This document shows positions 29,273-38,707 of a stretch of 64,000 bases of DNA, one piece after another (position 1 is the stretch's first letter; every line of letters starts with the position of its first letter). A program made the translations under genes and the position numbers. Source of the DNA: Thermofilaceae archaeon (GTDB lineage: Archaea; Thermoproteota; Thermoprotei; Thermofilales; Thermofilaceae). The notes beneath the pieces are model-generated. The model ran no database searches. It was not told the DNA's origin and saw nothing but the letters and a program-made list of their open reading frames with translations. Location: NCBI GenBank assembly GCA_038861545.1, contig JAWCCZ010000002.1:192001-256000 (forward strand). Reading direction: 5' to 3'.

Positions 29273-31318
29273 CTACCTGCCTTGTATAGCGAACACTATA
29301 CCCCTAGCTGGCAGGTAACCGATGAAAGCACCTATGAATAGGCCGAGGAACGCTGGAAAAGCTTTCTCTTCATAGAACTTAGATCCAAAGATCTTAAGTA
29401 TTAAGAACTTAATTACGTATGCTACTAAACCATAGAGGAACGCGTAGAAACTCACGGAGAATAGCATTAATCCAACAGGGTTAAGTGGGAACCAGGCGAA
29501 ACGCATCCTAGCAAAACCCATAGCGAGCACTAATAGTACACCGAGTAAAACATTCAAGTAGAAGTACGGAGCTTTATCTCCTCCATAGGGTCCGAAACCT
29601 CCCTTCATTAAACCGTCAACCGTAGCGGGCCATACCAGCTGCTGACCAGCCCACCAATCCGCTACATAGTTTTTCACACCAACGTTCGAGATAACCTGAG
29701 CTAACAGCGTGAAAGTCAAGGGTACAGCAACTAACGTTGCTATTAATTGTGCTATAAAGACTTCTTTAAGGTCGGTTTTCGTGGACTCGGCTATGCTCAT
29801 AGCTTCAATACCAGCAATACCATAGTTCCACTGTGCATACCATTTCTGACCTGGCCCCTCTACGAAATTCCTTGTCACGTAAAGGTGTAATGCTTGTTCA
29901 CCAGTTAACGGAGTATAGAAGCCAGGAGCTGCACCTACAGCTACAGCTAGATGATAGAAACCGTTTGACAAGATATCGCTGCCTCCTGTCCACGGTCCCC
30001 AATTCCCTGCCATAAAACCGGGCCAGACGTCTCCTCTTATTCTAATCTGGGTGAACAACGAGAATGCTAGAACAAAAACTGCATAGAATGCTAACAGGGG
30101 ATGTGCACCAGATACAGACATGAAAGCAAATAACAGCGCAGTTGAACCAATTATCATTACCCATATAGTTCTGTAGGACAGCGGTACATTACCCTTGCCG
30201 CCCCTAGACAAAGCCTTCAACGTTCTAGTTAAGTGGTGTCTCGCCATCCATATGGTTAAAATACCAATGCCTATCCACACACTGTGATCAAGTATAACCT
30301 CAGGCATTATTGGTGGAGTATCCATACCCATAGTGTAGAAGACCGGCCATTCTGATGATCCAAACATCGGCTCTCTAAAGCCTCCAGCAACCGCTATTAT
30401 CGGCCATATTATCCAGAATACAATGAAGGCGACTATACCTGTTAACAGTATGTCAAGTGGGAACAAAAGATAGTAGCTTAAACCTAAGATATCTATACTC
30501 CATGCTATCAGAGCATTAGTGAAAGGAGTTGGTAATTGTCCAACATAAGACACATCGTAACCTATGTATGAGGGTATAGATTGTTGAATAGCAGGTACTA
30601 ATTCGACACCAGGTGGCCCTTGCACATTTATTAAAAGCCCAATTGCGAAGGCGACCCAGAAGAAAATAGATTTCCATAGATTTGGTATCCTACCTCCCTC
30701 CTTTACAGTTGTACTTTGAATTGCAAGCCATTCAGCAACTCTTGCTAGTGGATATTCAAGCCTTTCAACTTCGAGGAACTGCTCCTTGTAAAGTAACGCG
30801 ATACCATATGATAACGCGAAAAGCATTAATTGTATGAAAGTGAAAAGTATAACTGTAGGGAAAAGCGCGCTTATTGGAGCTCCTCCGTCCCAGAGCTGGT
30901 CTTTAAGACCTTTTGGTACCCAGAAACCGGGAACAGCATCCCAGCTTAACACGAAATCAGACTGAAGGATGCCGAAAAGATACGAAAATGTAGCTAATCC
31001 TACACAGAAAGGCACTGGCACCATACTCCAGATAATAGCATAAACTATGGTGTTTTCCTGTGCAGAGAGCCGCTTTCTAAGTATTAATGAACTTAGTAGA
31101 CTCGTGATAACTAAGGTCAAGAGAAAGACGAAGTACTGAGTGCCAAAGAATACCATTACTCTAAGAGTCCGCCTAACCGATAATCGCGGCCACCAGTATA
31201 AAGGTAGAATGAAAAGAATTCCAGCCACCAAACCTATTAGAAGAGCTCTCAATGTTAATCCTTTAGGCCTCACCTCAACTGTGGCTCCAGAGGTGATTTG
31301 AACACCTTCTGTGCTCAT
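29273..31318 (-). CDS. OPT-like (DUF6785/DUF6784-type) polytopic membrane protein
   Basis: About 16 TMs; GLTLRALLIG, LSAQE, ERLEYPLARV, and C-terminal RMRFAWFPLNPVG...KFLILKIFG...Y...PAFLGLFIG; family name from recall. Confidence 0.7.
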   Translation of the reverse strand: MSTEGVQITSGATVEVRPKGLTLRALLIGLVAGILFILPLYWWPRLSVRRTLRVMVFFGTQYFVFLLTLVITSLLSSLILRKRLSAQENTIVYAIIWSMVPVPFCVGLATFSYLFGILQSDFVLSWDAVPGFWVPKGLKDQLWDGGAPISALFPTVILFTFIQLMLFALSYGIALLYKEQFLEVERLEYPLARVAEWLAIQSTTVKEGGRIPNLWKSIFFWVAFAIGLLINVQGPPGVELVPAIQQSIPSYIGYDVSYVGQLPTPFTNALIAWSIDILGLSYYLLFPLDILLTGIVAFIVFWIIWPIIAVAGGFREPMFGSSEWPVFYTMGMDTPPIMPEVILDHSVWIGIGILTIWMARHHLTRTLKALSRGGKGNVPLSYRTIWVMIIGSTALLFAFMSVSGAHPLLAFYAVFVLAFSLFTQIRIRGDVWPGFMAGNWGPWTGGSDILSNGFYHLAVAVGAAPGFYTPLTGEQALHLYVTRNFVEGPGQKWYAQWNYGIAGIEAMSIAESTKTDLKEVFIAQLIATLVAVPLTFTLLAQVISNVGVKNYVADWWAGQQLVWPATVDGLMKGGFGPYGGDKAPYFYLNVLLGVLLVLAMGFARMRFAWFPLNPVGLMLFSVSFYAFLYGLVAYVIKFLILKIFGSKFYEEKAFPAFLGLFIGAFIGYLPARGIVFAIQGR

Positions 31319-31709
31319 CGATTACTAAATAAGAATTATCCGTTTATATAATTTTCCATAATTTTTTTAAATAGATTTAAGTCAGGTTGGTCTAAATATC
31401 TCTATATTTTTTGAAAAAGGTTTGAATAACCTAATTAAGAAAAACTATTACTGATCATTATGCTAAAAATTAACGGATATTTTTATTTAATAATTCCCTA
31501 GCTGTATAATTGCCTACTTAATTAATATTAAACTTAAATTTTTAGCTTATAATATTCATCTTTATGATGATGTTTAATTTCAAATTTATAAAATTATCTA
31601 AACATCTTCTCTCTATTTAAAAGCTTAGAAATAATACTTTAAAAATAAATATTTTAACTAACTATTCTAACCGAAAATCATATTAACTTGAAAGATTAAT
31701 CTTATTGGA
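31319..31709. promoter_or_regulatory. Extremely AT-rich divergent intergenic region with several TATA-like boxes
   Basis: Hand counts give 10-12 G+C per 60-nt line at 31501-31680. Confidence 0.6.
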
Positions 31710-32081
31710 ATGATCTATTTAACAGAGGAAGAATTTCACCAAAGAACCCCCTACACGGTACAATATAATGTAGACCTTGAGGGGCGGTCAGGATTTAACC
31801 ATCGATTTGATGCCTTGATCAGGTATATGGGAAATAGCCTGGGAATAGTTTTCATTGACCCAATAGTGTGGAGGAAAGTTATAATACTTTTAGTGATGGA
31901 GTTTGATTCTCTGGTAAGCTTAGCTGTTATAACACAAAATGTGGATCAAAAAATTAGACACTTCCTAGAAAACCAAGGAATTATAATAGCTAAAAGCATT
32001 GAAGAGGCTGCCGCGATTTTTCGCGATTCCTATTTAATTACATCCCCCAAAACGGCCCAAGATAAGTATCCTAGCATTTAG
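31710..32081 (+). CDS. Small restriction-endonuclease-like (PD-(D/E)xK fold) protein, probably degenerate
   Basis: LEGRSGFNHRFD motif; no downstream (D/E)xK. Confidence 0.5.
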   Translation: MIYLTEEEFHQRTPYTVQYNVDLEGRSGFNHRFDALIRYMGNSLGIVFIDPIVWRKVIILLVMEFDSLVSLAVITQNVDQKIRHFLENQGIIIAKSIEEAAAIFRDSYLITSPKTAQDKYPSI

Positions 32082-32118
32082 TCAAGCATACTTACAAACG
32101 TTTTCAGTACAACTTTAG

Positions 32119-33267
32119 TTACTCGTAACCCTCCTTACATTTAGTTTGGTAAAGCAGGGTTATAATTGTGGGTATAATTAGAATTACGGCATTGGCCAAG
32201 ATCGTAGTTTTTAGTCCAAATCGGTCTGCTATAACGCCGCCTATAAGCGCGCCTAGTATCCAGCCGACATTCATAGCGGTGTTTCTGAGACCGATTAAAG
32301 CTCCTCTAGTTGAGGCAGCGGCTATTCGTGAAACATAAGCTAGAGTTGAAGCTTCGAAAAACGCGTAAGCAATGGCTCTCGTTATTTGCGCTACAATCAA
32401 GTAATTCCAAGAGGAAGTAGCCACGTAGATCATGTATGTTAACATCAAAGTCAGGCTGGAAAATACTACAGTTTCCTTCATCAATCCCCTATCGACGAGC
32501 CTACCGCTTATCACCATAAATGGTACTTCCCCAAAAGCCGCTACAGCCCATAGTACGTAGGCATCCCCCAGGTTATAGCCCAAGCTCGCGACGTAATTAG
32601 GCCATACACTTGTCACAGCCATAAACGAGAAAGACCATAGTACCAATATAACTAAGAAATGCGAAAACCTTTTGACATTTAAGCTTTCGCGTCGAGTGGG
32701 TTGGCTTTCCTTATCTTTGAGAAAAACCGCCAAAGGTAGTGAGAAAACGCTTAACACAGCTGAAAAGGCGAAAACCAGAGTACGCTCTCCCAAAATAGCG
32801 GAGGTAGCAATCGCTGCTACGGCGAAGCCTATCGACCCCATCATTCTAGCGATACCAGTGGCTAAGCCTACGCTTAAGCCCAGCGTTGCTGCTTGACCGC
32901 TGACCGCCGCCGGTATGCTGGTGTAAACAGCGGCTGAAGCTATGCCCTCTAAAGCCCTTAACCCGATAGCGTGAAGGGAGTTCCCCATATAGGGTAGCGC
33001 CAAGAAAAATACTGCCTGCAGAGCGAAACCGATGAACGCTACAGGAGCCCTTCCGATCACATCCGACGCCACACCCCACGCGTACTGGGATACCATTCCC
33101 GCTAGAGTCGAAGCCGCCGACGCTGCGCCAACAGTAGCGTAGGAGCCCGTGATAGCCTCGATGTAAACCGGAAGAAAAGGTATGTATAGGCCTCGAACAG
33201 CGAAGTAGAGCGTGAAAGCCATTAATGGCGGGGTTAACTTTGCGAGCGACGCTCTGCGGCTGGACAT
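32119..33267 (-). CDS. MFS transporter
   Basis: 12 TMs; GVASDVIGR and GRLVDRG loop motifs; start set at ATG 33267. Confidence 0.9.
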   Translation of the reverse strand: MSSRRASLAKLTPPLMAFTLYFAVRGLYIPFLPVYIEAITGSYATVGAASAASTLAGMVSQYAWGVASDVIGRAPVAFIGFALQAVFFLALPYMGNSLHAIGLRALEGIASAAVYTSIPAAVSGQAATLGLSVGLATGIARMMGSIGFAVAAIATSAILGERTLVFAFSAVLSVFSLPLAVFLKDKESQPTRRESLNVKRFSHFLVILVLWSFSFMAVTSVWPNYVASLGYNLGDAYVLWAVAAFGEVPFMVISGRLVDRGLMKETVVFSSLTLMLTYMIYVATSSWNYLIVAQITRAIAYAFFEASTLAYVSRIAAASTRGALIGLRNTAMNVGWILGALIGGVIADRFGLKTTILANAVILIIPTIITLLYQTKCKEGYE

Positions 33268-33305
33268 GCGACTGCCTTGAAAACTCAGGTACAAAAGAGT
33301 ACTTC

Positions 33306-33632
33306 TCATTCCGCCTTGTGCGGCTTAGCGGTTAACCACATCTCCTCTGCTTCTCTTAAAACCTCTTCTTCGCTCCTACTGCTTTCCAGTACTTGATACT
33401 CTGCATAGCTAGGCTTCCCCTCCTTTAGCCTCGACCCGATCAGTTCTACAGCTCGCCTGGTCGGGTGTATAGCCACTGACGCATAGGCCCTCACAATCGC
33501 TGCTGCCGTAGCCTCTTGGAGGATGATTGTTTGATCGTCCAGCTCCAAGATTAACCGCGCATGAACATGTCCTTCGGGTATGAAAACTACGATACGCTTT
33601 ACGTCCTCATTCCTGTAAATTTTTAGGCGCAT
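33306..33632 (-). CDS. Conserved hypothetical protein
   Basis: IPEGHVHAR and QEATAAAIVRAY-x-HP conserved-looking motifs; start set at MRLKIY. Confidence 0.7.
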   Translation of the reverse strand: MRLKIYRNEDVKRIVVFIPEGHVHARLILELDDQTIILQEATAAAIVRAYASVAIHPTRRAVELIGSRLKEGKPSYAEYQVLESSRSEEEVLREAEEMWLTAKPHKAE

Positions 33633-33663
33633 ACAGAGATGTAGCACATTGTTTTAAAACTCT

Positions 33664-34668
33664 CTAGGCTGCTTCCAGTATACCTACGTATGATGGAGAC
33701 TTCATCTGCCTGATCACCCGCCAACCAGCTATGCTGATCCATTCCCTTAGCTGGCTGTATGTAGGGTATATCTCCTGGCCCAGTAGGTACCCTATTAAGC
33801 TAAGCGTCCTAAACATCTTATTGTCTTGGAGAGGTTGGCTGAGTAAAGCCGCCGGAGCGGTATTGCGCATACTTCTGAGCGTGACCACAGGATCCATAAC
33901 CTGCTGAAGAACTCCGAACGCGACGACTAAGTCAGCGCTTGGGACTACTTTATGCAGCTCCTCGGGCCGACCTAGGCGCGTCTCCAGCCTATCTCTAACA
34001 CTGTAAGCTTCAGCCAGTTTCTCAGCTTCCCGCAGGTTTGACAGGAAGGGATCCACGAAGATTACCTTGCAACCCGTAAACCTTAGGAGGATTGTAGCGA
34101 TGAAACCGCGTGCGGAACTGATGTCCACGATTACGGTATTCGATGAAAGGCGGTTAAGACCCGCCCAGGCAACCATTAATTGGTAAATCCACTCCTGCGA
34201 CCTGTTGGCTATGGCTTTCTGGTAAATTTCCATTGATTCCTCCCGCGCCGCTAACTGGGCTAGAGGCCTAACACCCCTTAGCAGGGCTTCCGGGAGCGTT
34301 TCAAGCGTTCGGTCTACAACTTGCTTATACTCTGCAAAAAACATTGTTTCTATCGCGGGCGGTGAGCCGGAGAAGCGAATCCAGCGAAGCCTGCCTTGAA
34401 CCCACTCAGCATAACCCTCGGCCTCCATTATATCACCTACCAGTTTCGCTAAATCTGGGTTAGGGAAATCGAAAAATGGTAGTGAGGCCAGTTCCTTATC
34501 CACGCCGGATTCCTCTAAAACTCGCCTAATCTTCCATGGAACGTATTTTCGCGCTTCCCGCATCGCGGAAATACTTTCTCTAACTTCTCTGTTAAGCAGG
34601 GCACGCATCATATATGATCTAGGAAGGCGGGCATCTCTAAGTACTGAAATAACTGGGGACTGGGACAC
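33664..34668 (-). CDS. Class I SAM-dependent methyltransferase-like protein
   Basis: IVDISSARG (degenerate motif I), VIFVD and DLVVAFGVLQQVMDP. Confidence 0.65.
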   Translation of the reverse strand: MSQSPVISVLRDARLPRSYMMRALLNREVRESISAMREARKYVPWKIRRVLEESGVDKELASLPFFDFPNPDLAKLVGDIMEAEGYAEWVQGRLRWIRFSGSPPAIETMFFAEYKQVVDRTLETLPEALLRGVRPLAQLAAREESMEIYQKAIANRSQEWIYQLMVAWAGLNRLSSNTVIVDISSARGFIATILLRFTGCKVIFVDPFLSNLREAEKLAEAYSVRDRLETRLGRPEELHKVVPSADLVVAFGVLQQVMDPVVTLRSMRNTAPAALLSQPLQDNKMFRTLSLIGYLLGQEIYPTYSQLREWISIAGWRVIRQMKSPSYVGILEAA

Positions 34669-34719
34669 AGGAAACAGAAATAAAAACTGGTATAAATAAA
34701 TTAAAGGGTAAACTTGCAG

Positions 34720-35655
34720 TTAAGCCTGCTTCATTTTTACGCGAGTTTTTACAAACTTGGTATAAGCTAGGTAGCCGAAAACACCGGCTAGCATCAATGG
34801 CGAAAACCCGATGAGGAGTATAATTGTCCCGTAGATTACGGAGTAGAGCAGGCCTAGAGCGGAGGCGAGAGCCGGCATAGGGTCGAAACTTGGGAAGGTT
34901 ACAATAGGTTTAATCTCTTTCGGCGGAGCCTCAATATGAACCCTTATGCTTGAGAACTGGACACTTCTCTCCAAGTTTTTAAGCTGAGCTTCGTACCACT
35001 CGATGTTGGATCTCACCCTTGTAAGGTAATCTTCAACTTTCAGCAACTCCTCCACAGTTTTCGCCTGGGAGAGAAGCTGGAGCAACCTCTCCTCCTGAGC
35101 TCTCAGAGCTTTTAACCTTGCCTCCAGGTCGATGTACTGCTCAGTCACATCCCTTGCCGTTGTCGAAACCTCTATCACGCTCGCCAGCTTTTTCAGCTCC
35201 TCCAGTGTCTTGTTGAACTTCTCCTGCGGCACCTTGAGAAGCACTACGGCGTAATCCTCACCAACATACATTTCACCAACATAGCCTCCAAACGCATCAG
35301 CAAGCCTCGACGCTCTCTCCGCAACGCGGGACACATCCTCAATGCCCCCTACGCGCAACCTCACGTAACCCTCCATTATCACTTTCCTGCCTTCCGGCAG
35401 GCTGTACGACATGCCGCTACCACCTCCGGGCCCTGTAGTTGTAACGCTTGTCGCGGGCCCCGCTTTGCTATAGGTTGACTCCAAACCTGGACTTGAAGCA
35501 AAGCTAGGGATCCCTCCTCTTCCAATGAGTCCAAAGGGGGATCCTGTTAAAGTCTCGTAGATCGGCTGGAAGCTAATCGAAAGGAAAAAGCCGATTATGA
35601 TGCCGGAAAAAAGTAGCGCTGTGCACGCGGCAACTAATTTCACTTGTTTATTCAT
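34720..35655 (-). CDS. DUF4349-type membrane protein with coiled coil
   Basis: N- and C-terminal TMs; GGYV, DVTEQYIDLEARL and coiled-coil motifs. Confidence 0.8.
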   Translation of the reverse strand: MNKQVKLVAACTALLFSGIIIGFFLSISFQPIYETLTGSPFGLIGRGGIPSFASSPGLESTYSKAGPATSVTTTGPGGGSGMSYSLPEGRKVIMEGYVRLRVGGIEDVSRVAERASRLADAFGGYVGEMYVGEDYAVVLLKVPQEKFNKTLEELKKLASVIEVSTTARDVTEQYIDLEARLKALRAQEERLLQLLSQAKTVEELLKVEDYLTRVRSNIEWYEAQLKNLERSVQFSSIRVHIEAPPKEIKPIVTFPSFDPMPALASALGLLYSVIYGTIILLIGFSPLMLAGVFGYLAYTKFVKTRVKMKQA

Positions 35656-35732
35656 CCCTATTCACCAATGCTATACTTTTAGAGGCAATTAGACTTATCC
35701 TTGCGGACACTCCGTCCGTAAAAGCGGACATC

Positions 35733-37001
35733 CTACGGGTAAAAGCTGCTACCGTACGCGGTCTCGAGCATAGCGACTACGTTCCGAGGCGGTGTACGAG
35801 GCTGAATGTTATGTACTTGGCAGAAAACGTACCCCCCACCCCTCTTAAATACCTCGACGCTAGCCTTTACATGTGCAACCACATCGTCAACTTGAGCGAA
35901 AGGAAGCACATGCTGTGTGTCGGCACCGCCTCCCCAAAACGCTAGCTGCTCGCCGAACTCCTTCTTCAACCGTTCTGGTTCCATGTTCCTAGCAGAAATT
36001 TGAACCGGGTTCAATGCATCCACGCCAGCGTCGATAAGGTCCGGTATTAGCTCATACACGGACCCGCATGAGTGAAGGAAAACGAACATTTTTGAATGCT
36101 TCTTCACGTACTGGTACAGCTCTTCGTGGTACGGTTTCAGCATTTCCCTGTAAACTTTCGGCGGGATCTGTGGACCCGCTTGAGTTCCTAAATCGTCGCC
36201 GAACTCGATTACATGGATGAAATCCTTTAAAGCTTCCACGTACTTTTTCACGTTGTGTAGGTTCACCTCAAGCATGTAGTCGAGAATCTTCGAAGCTAGG
36301 CTTTTTCTAAAGGTTAAGTCTACCAGCCACGTACTCCAACCACGCAACCCTTGACCCCACTCGTGGAAACCCGAGTACGTGGAGTACATAAGGGCGTAGT
36401 CGGTGGTCCTGTAAAGGTGCTCAGCCTTCCTCCTCACCCATTCAACTTGGGCATCGCTAACCTTATACATGTCCCAGTTGTAGCTGTCAACCTCCTCAGG
36501 GCTCTTTACCCCAGCTAAAGGATGATCGCTTTGCCAGCTATTGACACCGCCGAAGTAGTAGCTCCCTCTTGGCATCCTTGACACAATTTTGCTACTTGCG
36601 TTTCTGATAACCCAGCCGCCTTCTCCATCCGGCTCCGGGTTAAACCACTCAGGGATTTCGCATGGAGTACCATCAGGTAAAACCCACGGTTTCCATCTCC
36701 GCCCGTCAGGACCGCATGGGTCTAGGCTCCTCGTAACATCCAGCACGTCGACGTGGAAGAGCTCGAGTATACTTTTTTCTGGTTCAGCGAGCTGTTGTCC
36801 TGTATCGTACACACGGATTACACCGCCTTTAAAGTTGAGGTATCTCCTTAACCCCGCGTAGGCTACTGCGTGGATACCGGTTGAAGCCATTGCACCTAAG
36901 TCGATTGGTACTCTATCGGGCTCCTCATGACGTAGTGCAGCAATAACGCGTTCCCTGCGGCTCATCCACTCTTTAGTGGACACGCTTCCTCCACTAGACA
37001 T
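35733..37001 (-). CDS. Uroporphyrinogen decarboxylase / MtaA-CmuA methyltransferase family protein
   Basis: EPDRVP, GDDLGTQ, HSCG, LNPVQ and GGYVFCQVHNIQ motifs. Confidence 0.85.
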   Translation of the reverse strand: MSSGGSVSTKEWMSRRERVIAALRHEEPDRVPIDLGAMASTGIHAVAYAGLRRYLNFKGGVIRVYDTGQQLAEPEKSILELFHVDVLDVTRSLDPCGPDGRRWKPWVLPDGTPCEIPEWFNPEPDGEGGWVIRNASSKIVSRMPRGSYYFGGVNSWQSDHPLAGVKSPEEVDSYNWDMYKVSDAQVEWVRRKAEHLYRTTDYALMYSTYSGFHEWGQGLRGWSTWLVDLTFRKSLASKILDYMLEVNLHNVKKYVEALKDFIHVIEFGDDLGTQAGPQIPPKVYREMLKPYHEELYQYVKKHSKMFVFLHSCGSVYELIPDLIDAGVDALNPVQISARNMEPERLKKEFGEQLAFWGGGADTQHVLPFAQVDDVVAHVKASVEVFKRGGGYVFCQVHNIQPRTPPRNVVAMLETAYGSSFYP

Positions 37002-37093
37002 ACTTAAAATGGTTAACCTTACCCCCGGTTAGGGCTAACTCTTTTAAGTCAAGATGCTCGAAGAAAATTGAATGAAAAGATTATAGAAGACCG

Positions 37094-37921
37094 TTAACCA
37101 AGCAAGCGGTCCGCCACAATATCTAACATTAATGTCCAGATATCATAGAAAGCCCTGGGCACTTCGCCTTCCATCATTCTTTCATCAACAATCTTCCAGT
37201 AGCCGGTACACACATGACACACACTTAGCTTGAAGGGTTTACCTTTACCGGCATCAACTGTTGTAACAAGTTGCGCGTCGTCGTTCCCGCAGAATGGGCA
37301 TTTATCCTGTTGATAGCCCCACTCGGTGCCACAGAACTGGCACTTCAAGTTGAAAGCTCCGTCCCTATCCACGAAACCGAGCCTGGCAAAACTCCCGCAT
37401 ACGGGGCATCGCCCAGCGTGCCAAGCTGACAGGTCAACTTCGCTGACAAGGCGTTCAGAGAGAGCAGTGTAAGCTGGCTGTATGGACCACGCGACTAGCG
37501 TCTTCATAGCCGCCGAGTCTACTCCAGCTTCACCTGCCAAGCTGTCAGCTTCGCTTACCTCGCCAGCCAACATACGCTTAGCAACTTCAGCTAGCCTGAG
37601 CCGCCCATTGTTCCACGCGTCAACTATCATCTGAACATTCGCAGCTTCACTTGGAATCCTGTTAACAACGAGCTCCGCAATAGCCTTTACCGAAGAACCT
37701 ACTTCTTCTTCGCTTAACCACAACCCCACTGCCATGGAAGCCGGAGTACCTGACTCCACCGCTTCTTTAGCGGCTTGCATATCTAACCTATTGAGTGTAT
37801 TAGAATACTCATCTTTCAACCTGTCCTGCATTTCTAAGAGATCAAGGAAAGCTTCAAAGGATTGATCATCGACAGGAACATCGCCTCGTATAGAACTAGT
37901 TTTCTCCCTTAAGTTACTCAT
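37094..37921 (-). CDS. fdhE: Formate dehydrogenase accessory protein FdhE-like
   Basis: W-x-GRCPVCGS, CQFCGTEW, CPFCGN and CHVC-x-YWK Cys pattern. Confidence 0.85.
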   Translation of the reverse strand: MSNLREKTSSIRGDVPVDDQSFEAFLDLLEMQDRLKDEYSNTLNRLDMQAAKEAVESGTPASMAVGLWLSEEEVGSSVKAIAELVVNRIPSEAANVQMIVDAWNNGRLRLAEVAKRMLAGEVSEADSLAGEAGVDSAAMKTLVAWSIQPAYTALSERLVSEVDLSAWHAGRCPVCGSFARLGFVDRDGAFNLKCQFCGTEWGYQQDKCPFCGNDDAQLVTTVDAGKGKPFKLSVCHVCTGYWKIVDERMMEGEVPRAFYDIWTLMLDIVADRLLG

Positions 37922-37939
37922 TTAAACCATCTCTCGAAG

Positions 37940-38707
37940 CTATGGGAATGGGGTAGAATTAAGCCTACCGGTTCCATGCTGCGTAGCCGCCAACCGGCGG
38001 AGAAGCTTGAGGTCTATCCGCTTAAACTCTAGCCCCTCTTTTACGAGGACTGCTTGAACCCCTTTTGCCAGCTTCTCAGCCACGAGAATCCCTCTAACCT
38101 CCCTGCCCAGCTCCCTTCTCAACGTTTCAACATATCTCTTCAATTGAATAGCTGCTTCGACTCCAGCTACCCCACGCTTTACCTCTACTACTACTAAGCG
38201 CCCCTGGGAATCCACGAATAATGCATCAATGAACCCGCTTCCAGTCCTCCGTTCAACTCCAGCTGGCTGTAACCCCTCCTCGATGAACTGGGGGTTCTTT
38301 ATCAAATGATCACGAACCTCTCGCTCAGAGCCGTGCATTTGTAGCTCCTCTTCATCGCGCAGCTTACCATAAGCTAAGAAGAACACTTCATCAAACTCTA
38401 TTAGAAGCTCCTCCCAAGGCTTAAGGCGAACACACCTTAAAAGAAGCTTGCCTCTTACAATCTCGCTCGAGATCATTGAGCCAGCTGGTTGCCAATTTAC
38501 TGGCTCATACCCGGTAGGCCGATGCACGAGAATACTCCCATCCTGTTTTAAAAGTATTATACGCTCTCCGGACCCTAGGATGGAAGATGCACGTCCCCTA
38601 TACTTCACACTACAGCGTGCCACTACAATACATGAGCGACCTTCAGCTATAGCTGTTTTCAGACTTATACAAGCTTCACTCACTGTAGGTTTAGTTAATA
38701 ATTCCAC
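37940..38707 (-). CDS. nucS: Mismatch endonuclease NucS/EndoMS
   Basis: CSVKYRGRA, KQDGSILVH, PVNWQP, ID-x-D-x-VVVEVKR and QLKRY motifs. Confidence 0.95.
   Translation of the reverse strand: MELLTKPTVSEACISLKTAIAEGRSCIVVARCSVKYRGRASSILGSGERIILLKQDGSILVHRPTGYEPVNWQPAGSMISSEIVRGKLLLRCVRLKPWEELLIEFDEVFFLAYGKLRDEEELQMHGSEREVRDHLIKNPQFIEEGLQPAGVERRTGSGFIDALFVDSQGRLVVVEVKRGVAGVEAAIQLKRYVETLRRELGREVRGILVAEKLAKGVQAVLVKEGLEFKRIDLKLLRRLAATQHGTGRLNSTPFP

Noticed and set aside
31319-31709. Replication origin
   Set aside because: No ORB-like repeats and no cdc6/whiP gene nearby; only AT richness supports it
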